From assembly GCA_000146465.1 (NCBI GenBank), contig CP001947.1: 64,000 nucleotides of DNA. One strand, written 5' to 3'. The translations under genes were made by a program, and so were the position numbers. The notes below the pieces were generated by a model, which made no database searches, had not been told where the DNA came from, and was given only the letters and a program-made list of their open reading frames with translations. Positions 55,615 through 64,000 of this stretch are shown piece after piece; the first letter of the stretch is position 1, and every line of letters starts with the position of its first letter.

Positions 55615-58440
55615 TTAATGAGCAAACACTCTGGAGACATATACCGGCCCGAGTATCTCATCAATAGAGAGGTCTTCTTTTGCTATCTCGTTGACAGCCT
55701 CAACAACTTTCTCTTCATAGCTCAGGTCGATTATACCCCTTAGATACTTGTTCCATATGTCGGTGCTGTAGATTTCAAAGTTTTTCTTCCTTTCCCTGAA
55801 GAACGAGATGACTCCGTTTCGGAACTCTTCAAACTGATCTTCGCTCATCTCTCTGAAGTATTCGTCCAGGTCTTTTACAAACTTCCTTATCCTCTTTTCA
55901 AGGAAGTCTACATCCTTCTCGCTTTGCACTATGAATTTGATGTACTGCTCGTCATCTAGATTCAGAACCCCAGACCCAACTACATACCCAAGCTCTTCCT
56001 TTGTCCGCAGATCATCGAAGAACATCGCTTTGCATGACTGTTGTACAAAGTGGGCTATGGCTGCATCCTTGTGGTTCCTGCATTTTCCGCAATAGTAGTT
56101 CAAGGAACATGCATTGTTCACCTTGTCGCTTGTTTTCACATCACATCTGTATTTTCCATCAAGAAGATCTTTCTTTACATAATCGTATACTTCCTCCTGT
56201 TTCGAAAGAATATTTTCAAATATCTTCTCGGCATCTTGATACTCGATGTTCCCAATCACAAACATTTCCAAGAAGAACTTTCGGCTCATCTTGAATTCCG
56301 TGTCTACAGAGCTCAGCTTCTCCATCAGCTCCTCTGCCATCAAATGTCCGGGAATCCTCATGCACTTCAGCCCTTCATTGCATCGCTTGTGAGGGCTTTC
56401 GTTTCTCTTTGTCTCAAACTCATTCCAAATCCGCTCCTTCACAAGGTTCCGCCGTGACTGGTTGGGCTCTTCAAACAGAATGTCGAAAAACTGCCGGGAG
56501 ATCTCAACACTCATGTGGTTAAAGCATTCTATCCGAATCTCCACCCCATAGTGCTCGACACGAACATCGATGTTCATTCCTGTTCCGTGAAGATATCCAT
56601 CGTGCCTTCTAAAGAATTGGCTCTTGGCATTTCTGAGCAGAAATATCAAGTTAATCATGTTCTCATTGATTTGGTCCATTCGAAGAAGACATCCTATAAA
56701 GACCTTTGGAACCTTGTAGGTATCGTTAAACAGGTAGTTGATTTTTCCTCCAGAAACCTCCTTTGAAATAATTTCTGAAGGGGCCTCGATTTTTATCATC
56801 TCTCCTTCCTTCCACTCAACTGCCTTCTCCAGTGAGTCTTCAGAGACCACTTTGTCTTTTTCATTGTACTTCGGAGAATACACCTCTTCTGTTTTAAACT
56901 CCCCCTTTAAATCCTTTTGCCCTTGAAGTTCGAGCCATTTGGAGAAATCCGTCATCTTCTGGACAATCTTCTTGACTTCTTCTTTCTTTCCTTTAGAGGA
57001 CTTCTGGGGAAGGACATTTGGGAACACCTTTTCTTCTTTCTTTGGTAAGTCCAACTCAAATATCTGGTCTCCCACATTGTATCTCACCCCATATATCTCC
57101 TCGCGCATGTCAAACATCCCTGTTCCCTTTGCAACATGGAACACAAGCCACTTTGGGAAGTTCATCATCTTTTCCACAATCCCCTTGATCTCGTTCTTGT
57201 CAAATTTCTCAAAACAGTGTTCGTTATCAAGAACATTCTCAACCGGGAAAAACTGCATGTTTCTAGAGATCTTCTGTGCCTGGTACATAGGCTCGTCACT
57301 CTCCTCGTACTTGAACACATATCTCGATCTCTTTTGGATCTCTTCATACTCATCAGAAGAGATGGGGATGTCTTTGAGATACCTTACAAGTTCTAAAAGA
57401 ACTCTTTCAGGTCTTTTGTTTCCCTCGGAAGACAGATGCATTGTTATTATTATCAGAGAATAGTCTGTGTAGTGGCACATCTCATACTCAACCTGCAGAA
57501 CGAGCCCTTTGTCCTTAACCCTACATGCAAACCCCTTTGTATCGTCCCGAAGAAACATATTCATTACATACTCGTAAGGATTGTTCTTGAAAATCTTGTA
57601 CCCCGACTCAACAGTCATTGTAACAACAATCGATCTTGTATCTGCAATAGGCTCCACCCTGATCCATCGGTTGGTGTATTCAGAGTCAAACACAGTCCAT
57701 TCCTTGTCTGCTTCAAGTTCTATGTTTCCACTGCTCTTCTTCTCCTCGGTCCCCTTTGGAACCCCCTCAAACATCTTCAACATCTCCTTTAGCTCCTCCA
57801 GACCTTTGTTTCCACAAATCACTGTACACATTTTATCGCAGGAATACTTCTGTTTCCAGAACTCTGCCATCTCTTCCCATATCCCTTCTTTTCGAAGTGT
57901 GTCGTAGTTTCCTGTGCTGAACATAGATATCGGCAGTTCCTTCTTGCAGCATCTTGAAATCATCCTCCAGATCCTCCAGTCATCAACATTCAGTCCGTTA
58001 CAGAACTCGGAGTTCACAGCCGACACCTCTCTCTCCACCGAGTTTTTCTTCAGCAGTGGTGTCTTGAAGAAGTCTGCAAGTCGGTCCACCCCTTCTTCAA
58101 AAGCCTCAGGAGCAATATCGAAGTAATACACAGTAACCTCTCCATAGGTGGAGGCATTGTATTCCCCGTTGTTCTTTGAAAGGAATTTGCCAAAATCCTC
58201 TTCATCAGGGTATTTCTCAGTCCCCATAAACAGCATATGCTCAAGGAAATGTGCAAGACCTTGAGTAGATACCGGGTTATCAAACGATCCAACCTTGACA
58301 GAGACTGCACAGCTGCACTTGTCCAGTGAAGGATCCGACATAATCAGCCCTCGCATCCCGTTGGGCATCTCGACATACTCATATTCCATCGAGTCGGTGA
58401 GACTCTTGTGAATCTTTTTGGCAACTTTAAGACAATTCAT
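55615..58440 (-). CDS. insulinase-family (M16A) zinc metalloprotease, insulin-degrading-enzyme/STE23-like
   Basis: Inverted zinc motif GLAHFLEHMLFMGTEKYP (HxxEH). Four-domain length of about 940 aa. The N-terminus IHKSLTDSMEYEYVEMPNGMRGLIMSDP parallels the IDE start. Start chosen at the ATG at 58440 (MNCLKVAKK); the track start at 58599 adds 53 residues unlike the family. Confidence 0.85.
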   Translation of the reverse strand: MNCLKVAKKIHKSLTDSMEYEYVEMPNGMRGLIMSDPSLDKCSCAVSVKVGSFDNPVSTQGLAHFLEHMLFMGTEKYPDEEDFGKFLSKNNGEYNASTYGEVTVYYFDIAPEAFEEGVDRLADFFKTPLLKKNSVEREVSAVNSEFCNGLNVDDWRIWRMISRCCKKELPISMFSTGNYDTLRKEGIWEEMAEFWKQKYSCDKMCTVICGNKGLEELKEMLKMFEGVPKGTEEKKSSGNIELEADKEWTVFDSEYTNRWIRVEPIADTRSIVVTMTVESGYKIFKNNPYEYVMNMFLRDDTKGFACRVKDKGLVLQVEYEMCHYTDYSLIIITMHLSSEGNKRPERVLLELVRYLKDIPISSDEYEEIQKRSRYVFKYEESDEPMYQAQKISRNMQFFPVENVLDNEHCFEKFDKNEIKGIVEKMMNFPKWLVFHVAKGTGMFDMREEIYGVRYNVGDQIFELDLPKKEEKVFPNVLPQKSSKGKKEEVKKIVQKMTDFSKWLELQGQKDLKGEFKTEEVYSPKYNEKDKVVSEDSLEKAVEWKEGEMIKIEAPSEIISKEVSGGKINYLFNDTYKVPKVFIGCLLRMDQINENMINLIFLLRNAKSQFFRRHDGYLHGTGMNIDVRVEHYGVEIRIECFNHMSVEISRQFFDILFEEPNQSRRNLVKERIWNEFETKRNESPHKRCNEGLKCMRIPGHLMAEELMEKLSSVDTEFKMSRKFFLEMFVIGNIEYQDAEKIFENILSKQEEVYDYVKKDLLDGKYRCDVKTSDKVNNACSLNYYCGKCRNHKDAAIAHFVQQSCKAMFFDDLRTKEELGYVVGSGVLNLDDEQYIKFIVQSEKDVDFLEKRIRKFVKDLDEYFREMSEDQFEEFRNGVISFFRERKKNFEIYSTDIWNKYLRGIIDLSYEEKVVEAVNEIAKEDLSIDEILGPVYVSRVFAH

Positions 58441-58550
58441 TAAAGCGGAAAGCCTAACCATAAGGGCTTCCAAGGTTCTGTTTATAGGAAAATTTTGTCT
58501 GGCACTACTGGAAAATACGAGAAACCGCCCCGGAATGACCCTGAAATAAC

Positions 58551-59873
58551 ATGGAGACTGCAAGGAAGATAAGGAGACACAAAATACTTGCATATGCACT
58601 GACTGCGGTGGAGGCCATGGGGCTGTCTGTGGTGGTTAAACAGGCCGTCAGGAATCCGCTTAGAGTTCTTTTGAATCCACCGAAGGGCCTTGTGCGAGGT
58701 CTGTGTTCCATCCCTACTATTATGCTATGGATTGCCATATACATATACCTTTCGGGGAAAGTTGCACAAGAAGCAGGAAGGCCTCGGACGGTCATCTTCT
58801 TCTATCATCTTACCTCACAGATAATGTTTTTGGGGTACCTTTCCAAGCCGGGTTCAGATGTTGGAATGAATAGTAGATGGGTCACGCTTATACCAACAAA
58901 CGGATGTTCTGTATACAGCGTGGCTCTTTCCATATCCTCGGCAACACTCCAAACATATATTGAGGAGATTCTATGGATGAAGCCAAGATACACACGAGTT
59001 AGAGGATTGTTCAACTACATGGGAAGAAGTATAGGAGTGATGGTGCGAGACATGTTTTATCTTTGTATTGGCAGCGAGTTCATGGCAATAGGTGCTCTTA
59101 CGATGTGCTTGGTAGTCTCGAAGACTCTGTTTCCATGGTCACGCCTTGGACCTTTCTGGTTATTCCAGGGAACAGCTTGGAGGATGTCTGGGGGGTTTTT
59201 GGCTGCCAACATCTCTACTGCTGCTTATTTTCTTCTGATGAGTGCCATTGATAGGCTTCTAACTTACAACATGTCACTGATGAATCTTGGCTTGGGCGAC
59301 TACTGCTGTAACGAGGAGGAGAGCATCAACACCTCAAGACTGAGGTTTTTCCAGATATCCGAGCTTTCAATGAAATATCCCGAGGTTTTCAAAAAGGTGG
59401 CAAGATCAAACAAAGCTGTTTCGTCCCTTGGGCTGTATGTCCGTAGAGAAGAAAGAGAGATTTTAAAGATCATGGAAACGATGAGGAGAGAGAGGGAAAC
59501 ACTTGAGTCCCGAATGTGGTTTTCTGTTCCCCAGATCACCCAACCTCTAGACAAACCAAAGGCGTTGGTTGTTCAAAGAAAAGTTCAGTTTGTAAAGAGA
59601 ATAAGATCGTATAATTTCATTGAGATTCTTGCATCCAGGATCGTATACTTCTTTAAGATACGTATTTTGATTAATAGATACAAGGGCACCAGAAGACCGT
59701 TCCTTCTGGTAAAGAGCTTTATGAAGTTTCTAGAGAAATATAGAAGGGACTACCTACTTCTCAAGGATCTTGACGAGACGTTTGAGGCCTCGATGAAGAA
59801 TCTGCACAACGAAATCTCCAACACCGAGGAGGTGATTGGGATTGGTCTGGAGTCGGAGCTGTTCTGTAAGTAA
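58551..59873 (+). CDS. hypothetical multi-pass membrane protein (440 aa)
   Basis: About 6 hydrophobic helices in the first 240 aa, followed by a basic and helical C-terminal domain. No family recognised. Confidence 0.5.
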   Translation: METARKIRRHKILAYALTAVEAMGLSVVVKQAVRNPLRVLLNPPKGLVRGLCSIPTIMLWIAIYIYLSGKVAQEAGRPRTVIFFYHLTSQIMFLGYLSKPGSDVGMNSRWVTLIPTNGCSVYSVALSISSATLQTYIEEILWMKPRYTRVRGLFNYMGRSIGVMVRDMFYLCIGSEFMAIGALTMCLVVSKTLFPWSRLGPFWLFQGTAWRMSGGFLAANISTAAYFLLMSAIDRLLTYNMSLMNLGLGDYCCNEEESINTSRLRFFQISELSMKYPEVFKKVARSNKAVSSLGLYVRREEREILKIMETMRRERETLESRMWFSVPQITQPLDKPKALVVQRKVQFVKRIRSYNFIEILASRIVYFFKIRILINRYKGTRRPFLLVKSFMKFLEKYRRDYLLLKDLDETFEASMKNLHNEISNTEEVIGIGLESELFCK

Positions 59874-59962
59874 CCTCGGGGCTGTTAATAAAGTTTTGGA
59901 TCTTCTAGACTACTGTAAAGGTTTCATAGGAATGATAATTGAGACACAAGGATAAACAAACA

Positions 59963-62299
59963 ATGGGGATCAAGGATACGTTTGGAATGGAAGGGATAAG
60001 AAGACTCTTTGAAAGAGGTTCGTTTGTGGAAAATCCCCTGGGCAAGTCATTGATTGTGAAGCATCTTTCGTCTCTGAATTCCAAGAGGCAGATCAAAGGG
60101 GCAAGGAGTCTGGTGAGCAGGATGCAGCGTGGAGAAGATCTCTTTGAGCTCTGTAATGATGTCATCAAGGCGATGGACACAAGAGATCCCGAGCTCAAGA
60201 GAATGCTCAACCTGTATCTGGTGAAGTATGTGCAAGGATGGCCTGCAAAGCAACTGATATGTATCAACACCGTACTGAAGGATCTTGGAGACGTAAATAG
60301 CGAAATGCGACATTGTGCAATTCAAGATAGTGGGCTGCTAGGAGACGGAGCAGTGATCAAAAACTATGTTAATCCTCTCAAGGAGCATGGGGTTAGTGCG
60401 CTGCCTGAGACAAGAAGGAAGGTAGCAGACTCATTGAGGAACTATTTCAGGAAAGATCCCCGTTTGTTCCATGACGAAGACCTTTGCGATCTACTGAGAG
60501 ACTTGGTGTTTGACGAGGATGCAGGTGTGTGTGCATCTGCACTAAATAGCGTTCAAGCCATAGAGAAGGAGACAAGAGTCCTTTCTACCAAAGACATCTA
60601 TATCCTCTTTGGAAAGGCCATTAAGACAGGAAACAGGGAAATCCTTGGAAGTCTTCTGGAAGTGATGAATAACAGAGCAGAGGACTTCCTTGATGCTGCT
60701 CCATTGGTTCCATTGTTGAGATCGTGTAGCCTTCGGATATTCCGTCAGGCATCTGATCTGGCCATTTCTATCGATCCCTCTTACAGGCAAATTGTGTTTG
60801 ATCACCTCAAAGGGTTTCTTAATTCAAAGGACGAGGAGTTGTATCTTGTACTTGACTATGCCGAGTCTCTTCTTGATCATGTGAAGTACGACAATTCATG
60901 CTTTGCCATCTACCACAGCGACAGGAAATACAATAAGATAAAGAAGCTTAAGATTCTATTCAAAAGGCTGGATAGCATCTCTGTGTCGGAAATAAAGAAC
61001 CAATGCAGAGATGAAGAACTTCTTGGAGTGATTTTGAAGGAGTCTCTTATTGCAGACTATCTTATAGAGGAGCCGTTCAAATACATACGCAAGGCAGATG
61101 AAATAATAAGAGTTCTGTACAGTGAAGATGCTATTTCAGAAAAATGGTCGGGACTGATTGAAAAATTCTTGATGAGTGCGAGGGAAGTGCAGGAAAGGCA
61201 GAAGTATATCTATCTCTGTGGGAGATATGTCCACGAGATTCCTTCAGAAGTTATAAGAATCCAAAGTCTGTACATTCCTTCTCTAGTCAACGAGACGGCC
61301 AGGTTTTATCTTAGCCTCCATAGAAGAGGAGTGGTAAATCTGGAAGAGACCCTAGGGCACCTCCGTCTGGTACAGAAGAGCCCAAAGGACAGAATCCGAG
61401 CAGTGATCAATGAACTGAAGACCCGGGGAATAGGAGTGTTTTCAGCATTTTGTGACATCAAAAAGCGGGATCTGAACAGCACTAAAGCCTGTAGATCTGT
61501 TGGGATAAAGTATGAGGAAAAGACCACTTCGATACTCGATGGCAAGCCATACTATGGACTAAGTGAAGATGGATTTCTAAGGGAAAATTCTGGAGAAGCA
61601 TTGGAGAAGTTCCGCGAAGAGGAGAAATCTCTACGTGAAGAATGCTCTTCTCTTGAAAGAGGAGAGACACAAACAACCGAGCTCTCTTCTGCAGGAGAGA
61701 GTAGTCCATTTCCAGGAAATGGCTCACAATGTCCAGCTCTGTTCTTGGGCAAGGAAGACGAGGAAAATGTTTGGCTGAGGTTTGCTGAATCTCATCGTCC
61801 TGTTGAAGGTAAGAGGGCCAAAGAGAAGGAATCCACCAGGCTGATAGACACCCTTGGGCTAAAAGGGATTCTTGCCATTGCTGGTGAAGAGGTTATACTT
61901 CAAGTGGATGTGCTAGAAAGTCCATTGGTTATTTATTACAGGTGTAAGGGGCGACTCAACAGTATCAAAATAGACGGCGAAGGGACTTTTTCTCTTTTCA
62001 CAATAGGTCTTCCAGTAATCAACTCGGAGTTCAGCCTAACAATAGGAAAGTCCAACTACGAAATCTACCTGGGAATCAGAAGCTTGATGAATCCATTTGA
62101 GTGCTCGAAGGATGAGTTTGAAAGGAAATTCCATGAGCTCAGAGACCACATACTCCTAGGGGAAATCGACACTGGGAAGGCATATGCCGTCGACAACCAT
62201 CGGTTCTCATTTTCTGTCCTTGGCTCAAAATTCTACGGAAAGCATCTCAATGGACAGGCAATCCTCAAAGGCCCGAGGAAGCTGTTGGGACTCTTTTAA
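59963..62299 (+). CDS. adaptor-protein complex large subunit, beta-adaptin-like
   Basis: The N-terminal block QIKGARSLVSRMQRGEDLFELCNDVIKAMDTRDPELKRMLNLYLVKYVQGWPAKQLICINTVLKDLGDVNSEMRHCAI is collinear with the beta-adaptin consensus KKvIa.Mt.GkDvs.LF.dV..cm.T.dlElKKLvYLYl.nYa...P..ail.vNt..KD..d.NplIRalAi. First ATG at 59963. Confidence 0.65.
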   Translation: MGIKDTFGMEGIRRLFERGSFVENPLGKSLIVKHLSSLNSKRQIKGARSLVSRMQRGEDLFELCNDVIKAMDTRDPELKRMLNLYLVKYVQGWPAKQLICINTVLKDLGDVNSEMRHCAIQDSGLLGDGAVIKNYVNPLKEHGVSALPETRRKVADSLRNYFRKDPRLFHDEDLCDLLRDLVFDEDAGVCASALNSVQAIEKETRVLSTKDIYILFGKAIKTGNREILGSLLEVMNNRAEDFLDAAPLVPLLRSCSLRIFRQASDLAISIDPSYRQIVFDHLKGFLNSKDEELYLVLDYAESLLDHVKYDNSCFAIYHSDRKYNKIKKLKILFKRLDSISVSEIKNQCRDEELLGVILKESLIADYLIEEPFKYIRKADEIIRVLYSEDAISEKWSGLIEKFLMSAREVQERQKYIYLCGRYVHEIPSEVIRIQSLYIPSLVNETARFYLSLHRRGVVNLEETLGHLRLVQKSPKDRIRAVINELKTRGIGVFSAFCDIKKRDLNSTKACRSVGIKYEEKTTSILDGKPYYGLSEDGFLRENSGEALEKFREEEKSLREECSSLERGETQTTELSSAGESSPFPGNGSQCPALFLGKEDEENVWLRFAESHRPVEGKRAKEKESTRLIDTLGLKGILAIAGEEVILQVDVLESPLVIYYRCKGRLNSIKIDGEGTFSLFTIGLPVINSEFSLTIGKSNYEIYLGIRSLMNPFECSKDEFERKFHELRDHILLGEIDTGKAYAVDNHRFSFSVLGSKFYGKHLNGQAILKGPRKLLGLF

Positions 62300-62406
62300 A
62301 TATATCGAATAAACAGGTAAGAGATAAAGAATTTATTCCCAGTAAATCCAGGTTCTGTCTTAGTGGCATTGGAAATGCCCTTCCACCCGATACCACGTGG
62401 AGGTGC

Positions 62407-62485
62407 AGAGATACATCAGGCACGAAGTCAGATTTTGCTACATCGTCAGTTTTCAGTCTGGGGCGGCAAATATCATCACTCTCCG
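62407..62485 (-). ncRNA. candidate box C/D snoRNA (63-78 nt)
   Basis: The minus strand reads CGGAG-A-GUGAUGA (C box, 62479..62473), then UAUUUGCCGCCCCAGA, then CUGA (D', 62456..62453), AAA, CUGACGA (C'-like), UGUAGCAAAAU, CUGA (62431..62428) and CUUCG. The flanks CGGAG and CUUCG can pair. The first guide is complementary to the conserved LSU rRNA motif CUGGGGCGGCA. Confidence 0.4.
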
Positions 62486-62518
62486 GGGGTAACAAATACA
62501 AATGTTTTATATAGACAA

Positions 62519-64000
62519 CTATTTATTACCAAGCTTACCCATCACTGATCTTAACGTTTTGCCATGGCGTTTATTTGTTCCTCCCTTTCTCAAGTACTCG
62601 TGGCAGAGGTCTCGAAGCTCCTTGCTTCTTCCCAGAACCTTGGCCATCGAGTCGGAATCAAGATATGCAATCATCTCGGTTGCCGGTGCCCCAATCATCT
62701 CAAAGCACTTTATCACACCCTCCACCATCTCCTCCTGCTTCCATATGTTTCTTCTAACTACCCTGGATAGAAACGAAACAACAAAGTTCTTCAGATTGGG
62801 AAATTTCACCAAGGTTTGGAGTAGAGTCCTCACTATCAGCACAGGCAGCTCCTTCTCCAGGGTTGTTAGTGTAAACAGAAAGTCGCTCTCTCCAAACTTC
62901 GAGGATTTGAAGCAGAGATCGAGAATCCGGATGGCTTTTGAGACTTCTGGAATTCTGTGTACAAAGATCAGAAGTTCCGAACACTCCATAATTCTCAGAA
63001 ATACATTTAGAGACTCACTGTCAACAACATAGTCGGGAATATACTTGTACACGTCAGACTTCTCCAAATACGGTAGGAGGGCATACATAAAACGGCTGTC
63101 CTCGAGGTAATTATCTAACAGATATATTCGGAGCTGGCCCTTGACCGCTCTCCTTCGAAGGATCGTTTGTATCAGACTTTCCTTCTTCGGCCCATCCTCC
63201 AAAGACTTGACAAGATCAACCACTACCGTATCTTCCTTCTCTTTCAGAAGGTCAACAAAGCTATTCATCCCCTCCTGGGACTCGACCGACTCCAGAGTAA
63301 GAGCCAAGGCCTGGTCGTTGGACTTGGAGATCTCAATCAGCTCCTGATCGCTTAGCCGGAAGTAGGAGGCATAGTCCTTAAGAGCCCCATAATTCTCCTT
63401 GAAAACCTCCAAGAGGCCTTCTCTTCCTATCGCTACCTTTTCCTCGGAAATCATTTCCACAATCTCCTTAACATGTGTCTCCCTTTCTCTAATCACATAG
63501 CTCAGCACATCCACTGACTCGTCCGTTATCTTCGGTATAATCCTCTTCACATCGAGCTCGACAAGGCATTTTATAACATCCAGCTTAAAGTACTGCTTGT
63601 TCTCGAGAATTATATCAACCATCGACTTGTAGACCTCTTTGTTCAGGAGATATGCATACAGGAAAAACGAAAGGCTGTATCTCTCGTTTTTTCTTATAAA
63701 CATCAAGGTCTCTAGTGAGTCTTCAACACTCAGCGTCCTTACAATTCTTGAAATCCCCTTGTCTACCGCTCCCGGGTCTCTTATCTTCCCAATAAGGCTA
63801 AAGGCCTCAGAAACAGGGCTTGGGAACTCCTCTTCCTTCTTCTCGTGGAAATATGTCTGGACCGTATTCTCAATCTCAATGTTGCTGCTCTTCACAAGCG
63901 TCTCAAAAACCAAATCAATAAGAAATCTAAAGGGATCAAACTCCTTCCTTGCCTCCTCTCCTCCCCTTCTTTCCCGTGTCTCTGTAAAGTCAAACAGCTT
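62519..64000 (-). CDS. PTA1: symplekin/PTA1-like mRNA 3'-end processing scaffold; N-terminus lies beyond the window
   Basis: The minus-strand frame is open from base 64000 (KLFDFTETRERRGGEEARKEF...); the track start at 63913 is only a TTG. The C-terminal block VVRRNIWKQEEMVEGVIKCFEMIGAPATEMIAYLDSDSMAKVL resembles the symplekin C-terminal domain (kqvW....lW.GFikC......S...ll.LP...l). Confidence 0.5.
   Translation of the reverse strand, partial: KLFDFTETRERRGGEEARKEFDPFRFLIDLVFETLVKSSNIEIENTVQTYFHEKKEEEFPSPVSEAFSLIGKIRDPGAVDKGISRIVRTLSVEDSLETLMFIRKNERYSLSFFLYAYLLNKEVYKSMVDIILENKQYFKLDVIKCLVELDVKRIIPKITDESVDVLSYVIRERETHVKEIVEMISEEKVAIGREGLLEVFKENYGALKDYASYFRLSDQELIEISKSNDQALALTLESVESQEGMNSFVDLLKEKEDTVVVDLVKSLEDGPKKESLIQTILRRRAVKGQLRIYLLDNYLEDSRFMYALLPYLEKSDVYKYIPDYVVDSESLNVFLRIMECSELLIFVHRIPEVSKAIRILDLCFKSSKFGESDFLFTLTTLEKELPVLIVRTLLQTLVKFPNLKNFVVSFLSRVVRRNIWKQEEMVEGVIKCFEMIGAPATEMIAYLDSDSMAKVLGRSKELRDLCHEYLRKGGTNKRHGKTLRSVMGKLGNK

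Noticed and set aside
1-64000. Prokaryote-style features (operons, CRISPR arrays, prophage, IS elements, rRNA operon)
   Set aside because: The gene content is eukaryotic nuclear: MCM, RPA, TFIIE, nucleoporins, CCT, adaptin, and homeobox genes. The genes have individual poly(A)-type signals and one has a spliceosomal intron. No direct-repeat arrays or mobile-element genes were seen on either strand.

Overview
The window looks like a chromosome-core segment of a highly compacted, intron-poor eukaryotic genome. The best fit is a microsporidian of the Encephalitozoon type. This rests on hand-counted GC of about 42-45%, gene spacers of only 10-120 bp, shortened housekeeping proteins, and a mitosome-type TOM40. 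I model about 55 protein-coding genes on both strands. Most are nuclear housekeeping genes: MCM5, RPA2, TFIIE-beta, RPB3, RPB10, UTP21, BMS1, RRP5, SDA1, tRNase Z, TGT, HisRS, CCT-zeta, RNR2, dUTPase, PTPA, MVD, an insulinase-type protease, a beta-adaptin and symplekin. There is also one tRNA-Gly(GCC). I found no transposons, rRNA, CRISPR arrays or long repeats. Many track ORFs begin on TTG or GTG and were trimmed to the first in-frame ATG. All long antisense ORFs mirror low-complexity coding regions and were rejected. Observations worth follow-up: (1) a 23-nt GT..AG intron splitting an adenylate-kinase-family gene; (2) a 2.6-kb AT-rich compositional island (about 25-33% GC against 43-45% in the flanks) holding two divergent genes; (3) one of those genes, a TALE homeobox gene, has its homeodomain broken by a 1-nt frameshift inside an A8 run that is also a canonical -1 slippery heptamer; (4) a compact box C/D snoRNA candidate between two convergent genes, with a guide complementary to the conserved LSU rRNA motif CUGGGGCGGCA; (5) a small glycine-zipper membrane ORF whose stop overlaps the RRP5 start as ATGA; (6) two small signal-peptide, low-complexity secreted-protein candidates; (7) an unusually long 444-bp gap with no ORF; (8) paired TTCnnGAA dyads upstream of the chaperonin gene. 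All functional calls come from motif recognition by eye. No database search was possible.
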